Source: Cyanobacteria bacterium J06626_4 (GTDB lineage Bacteria > Cyanobacteriota > Cyanobacteriia > Phormidesmidales > Phormidesmidaceae). Taken from it: a stretch of DNA of 64,000 bases. The notes beneath the pieces were generated by a model. That model did not search any database, was not told where the DNA came from, and was given only the letters and a program-made list of their open reading frames with translations. Position numbers and translations under genes: made by a program. The stretch covers positions 64,001 through 128,000 of the forward strand of contig JBCBJQ010000003.1 in NCBI GenBank assembly GCA_038523235.1, read 5' to 3'. Below are positions 63,295-64,000 of this stretch, piece by piece; the stretch's first letter is position 1; each line of letters begins with the position of its first letter.

Positions 63295-64000
63295 CTATTC
63301 CACACGTTCAGCCAGACTCATCCAGCGTTCGGTGGCGGTATCGATTTGATCCGTCAGCGTGGCCAGCTGTTGTGACAACTGCTGCATCTCGTCGTAGTCG
63401 GTGGGGGCATCGCTGTAGAGTTGCTGCTCAAGCGCTGCCTTGGCCGTTTCTAATTGCGGAATCTGCGCTTCGAGCTGTTCGTATTCGCGCTTCTCTTTAT
63501 AGGAAAGTTTTTGGGACTGACGATTAGCGACCGCCTGGGTCGCGCTGGGCGTTGCCGCTGTACTCGGTTTGGTACCCGAACGGGGTTTCTCAGGAGTTGA
63601 CGGCTGGTTGACCTGATCTCGTTTTTGCGCCAAATACAGAGAATAGTTGCCGGGATAGCGGCGAATGTGACCGCCGTCTTCAAAGGCAAAAACCTGTTGC
63701 ACCGTGCGGTCAAGAAAGTAGCGATCGTGGGAAACCACAATGACGCAGCCGTTGAACTCTTCTAGATACTCCTCCAGCACCGACAGGGTTTGCACGTCGA
63801 GATCGTTGGTGGGCTCGTCTAAGATCAGCACGTTGGGAGCCTGTAGCAGCACCTGTAGCAAAAAGAGACGCCGCCGCTCGCCCCCCGAAAGCTTGTGGAT
63901 GGGCGCATATTGCTGATCGGGTGGAAACAAAAATCGCTCCAGCATTTGGGAGGCAGTAATCACACTGCCATCCGCGGTTTTGACCAGTTCTGCTGTTTCT
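63295..64000 (-). CDS. ABC-F family ATP-binding protein (Uup-like), 3' part
   Basis: LSGGERRRL, ILDEPTNDLD and VVSHDRYFLD motifs with a C-terminal coiled KLSYKEKRE..ERW domain; open past the window edge. Confidence 0.93.
   Translation of the reverse strand, partial: ETAELVKTADGSVITASQMLERFLFPPDQQYAPIHKLSGGERRRLFLLQVLLQAPNVLILDEPTNDLDVQTLSVLEEYLEEFNGCVIVVSHDRYFLDRTVQQVFAFEDGGHIRRYPGNYSLYLAQKRDQVNQPSTPEKPRSGTKPSTAATPSATQAVANRQSQKLSYKEKREYEQLEAQIPQLETAKAALEQQLYSDAPTDYDEMQQLSQQLATLTDQIDTATERWMSLAERVE

Overview
Mostly ordinary chromosome from a cyanobacterium. The HIP1 octamer GCGATCGC is pervasive, GC looks mid-50s % by eye (not computed), and the gene families suggest a Leptolyngbya/Nodosilinea-like filamentous strain; this taxonomy is inference. 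Core genes include a phylloquinone cluster (menA-menC-menE plus DHNA-CoA thioesterase), lysC, tRNA-Lys(TTT), fbaA, cobQ, cobM, an NAD salvage operon (pncB-nadD-nrtR-nadE) with an NrtR box, ubiA/plqA, dacB, dapB, groEL2 with a CIRCE, hemL, queG, ispF, trmD, pyrE, a P-type ATPase and two hybrid histidine kinases. No transposase, integrase, prophage or CRISPR array was found. Several small MITE/REP-like elements and a deletion scar joining two decapitated genes are present. The most interesting signal is at 61.6-63.3 kb. Two 149-bp direct repeats each look like a complete small-RNA gene: a TCCGGG -35-like motif, GGGTAA, and a ~55-nt transcript beginning TGGTAGATGCACCCTGA that ends in a terminator. 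From memory this resembles the multicopy NsiR1 sRNA of heterocyst-forming cyanobacteria, and it lies next to a tandem pair of 66-aa paralogous microproteins.
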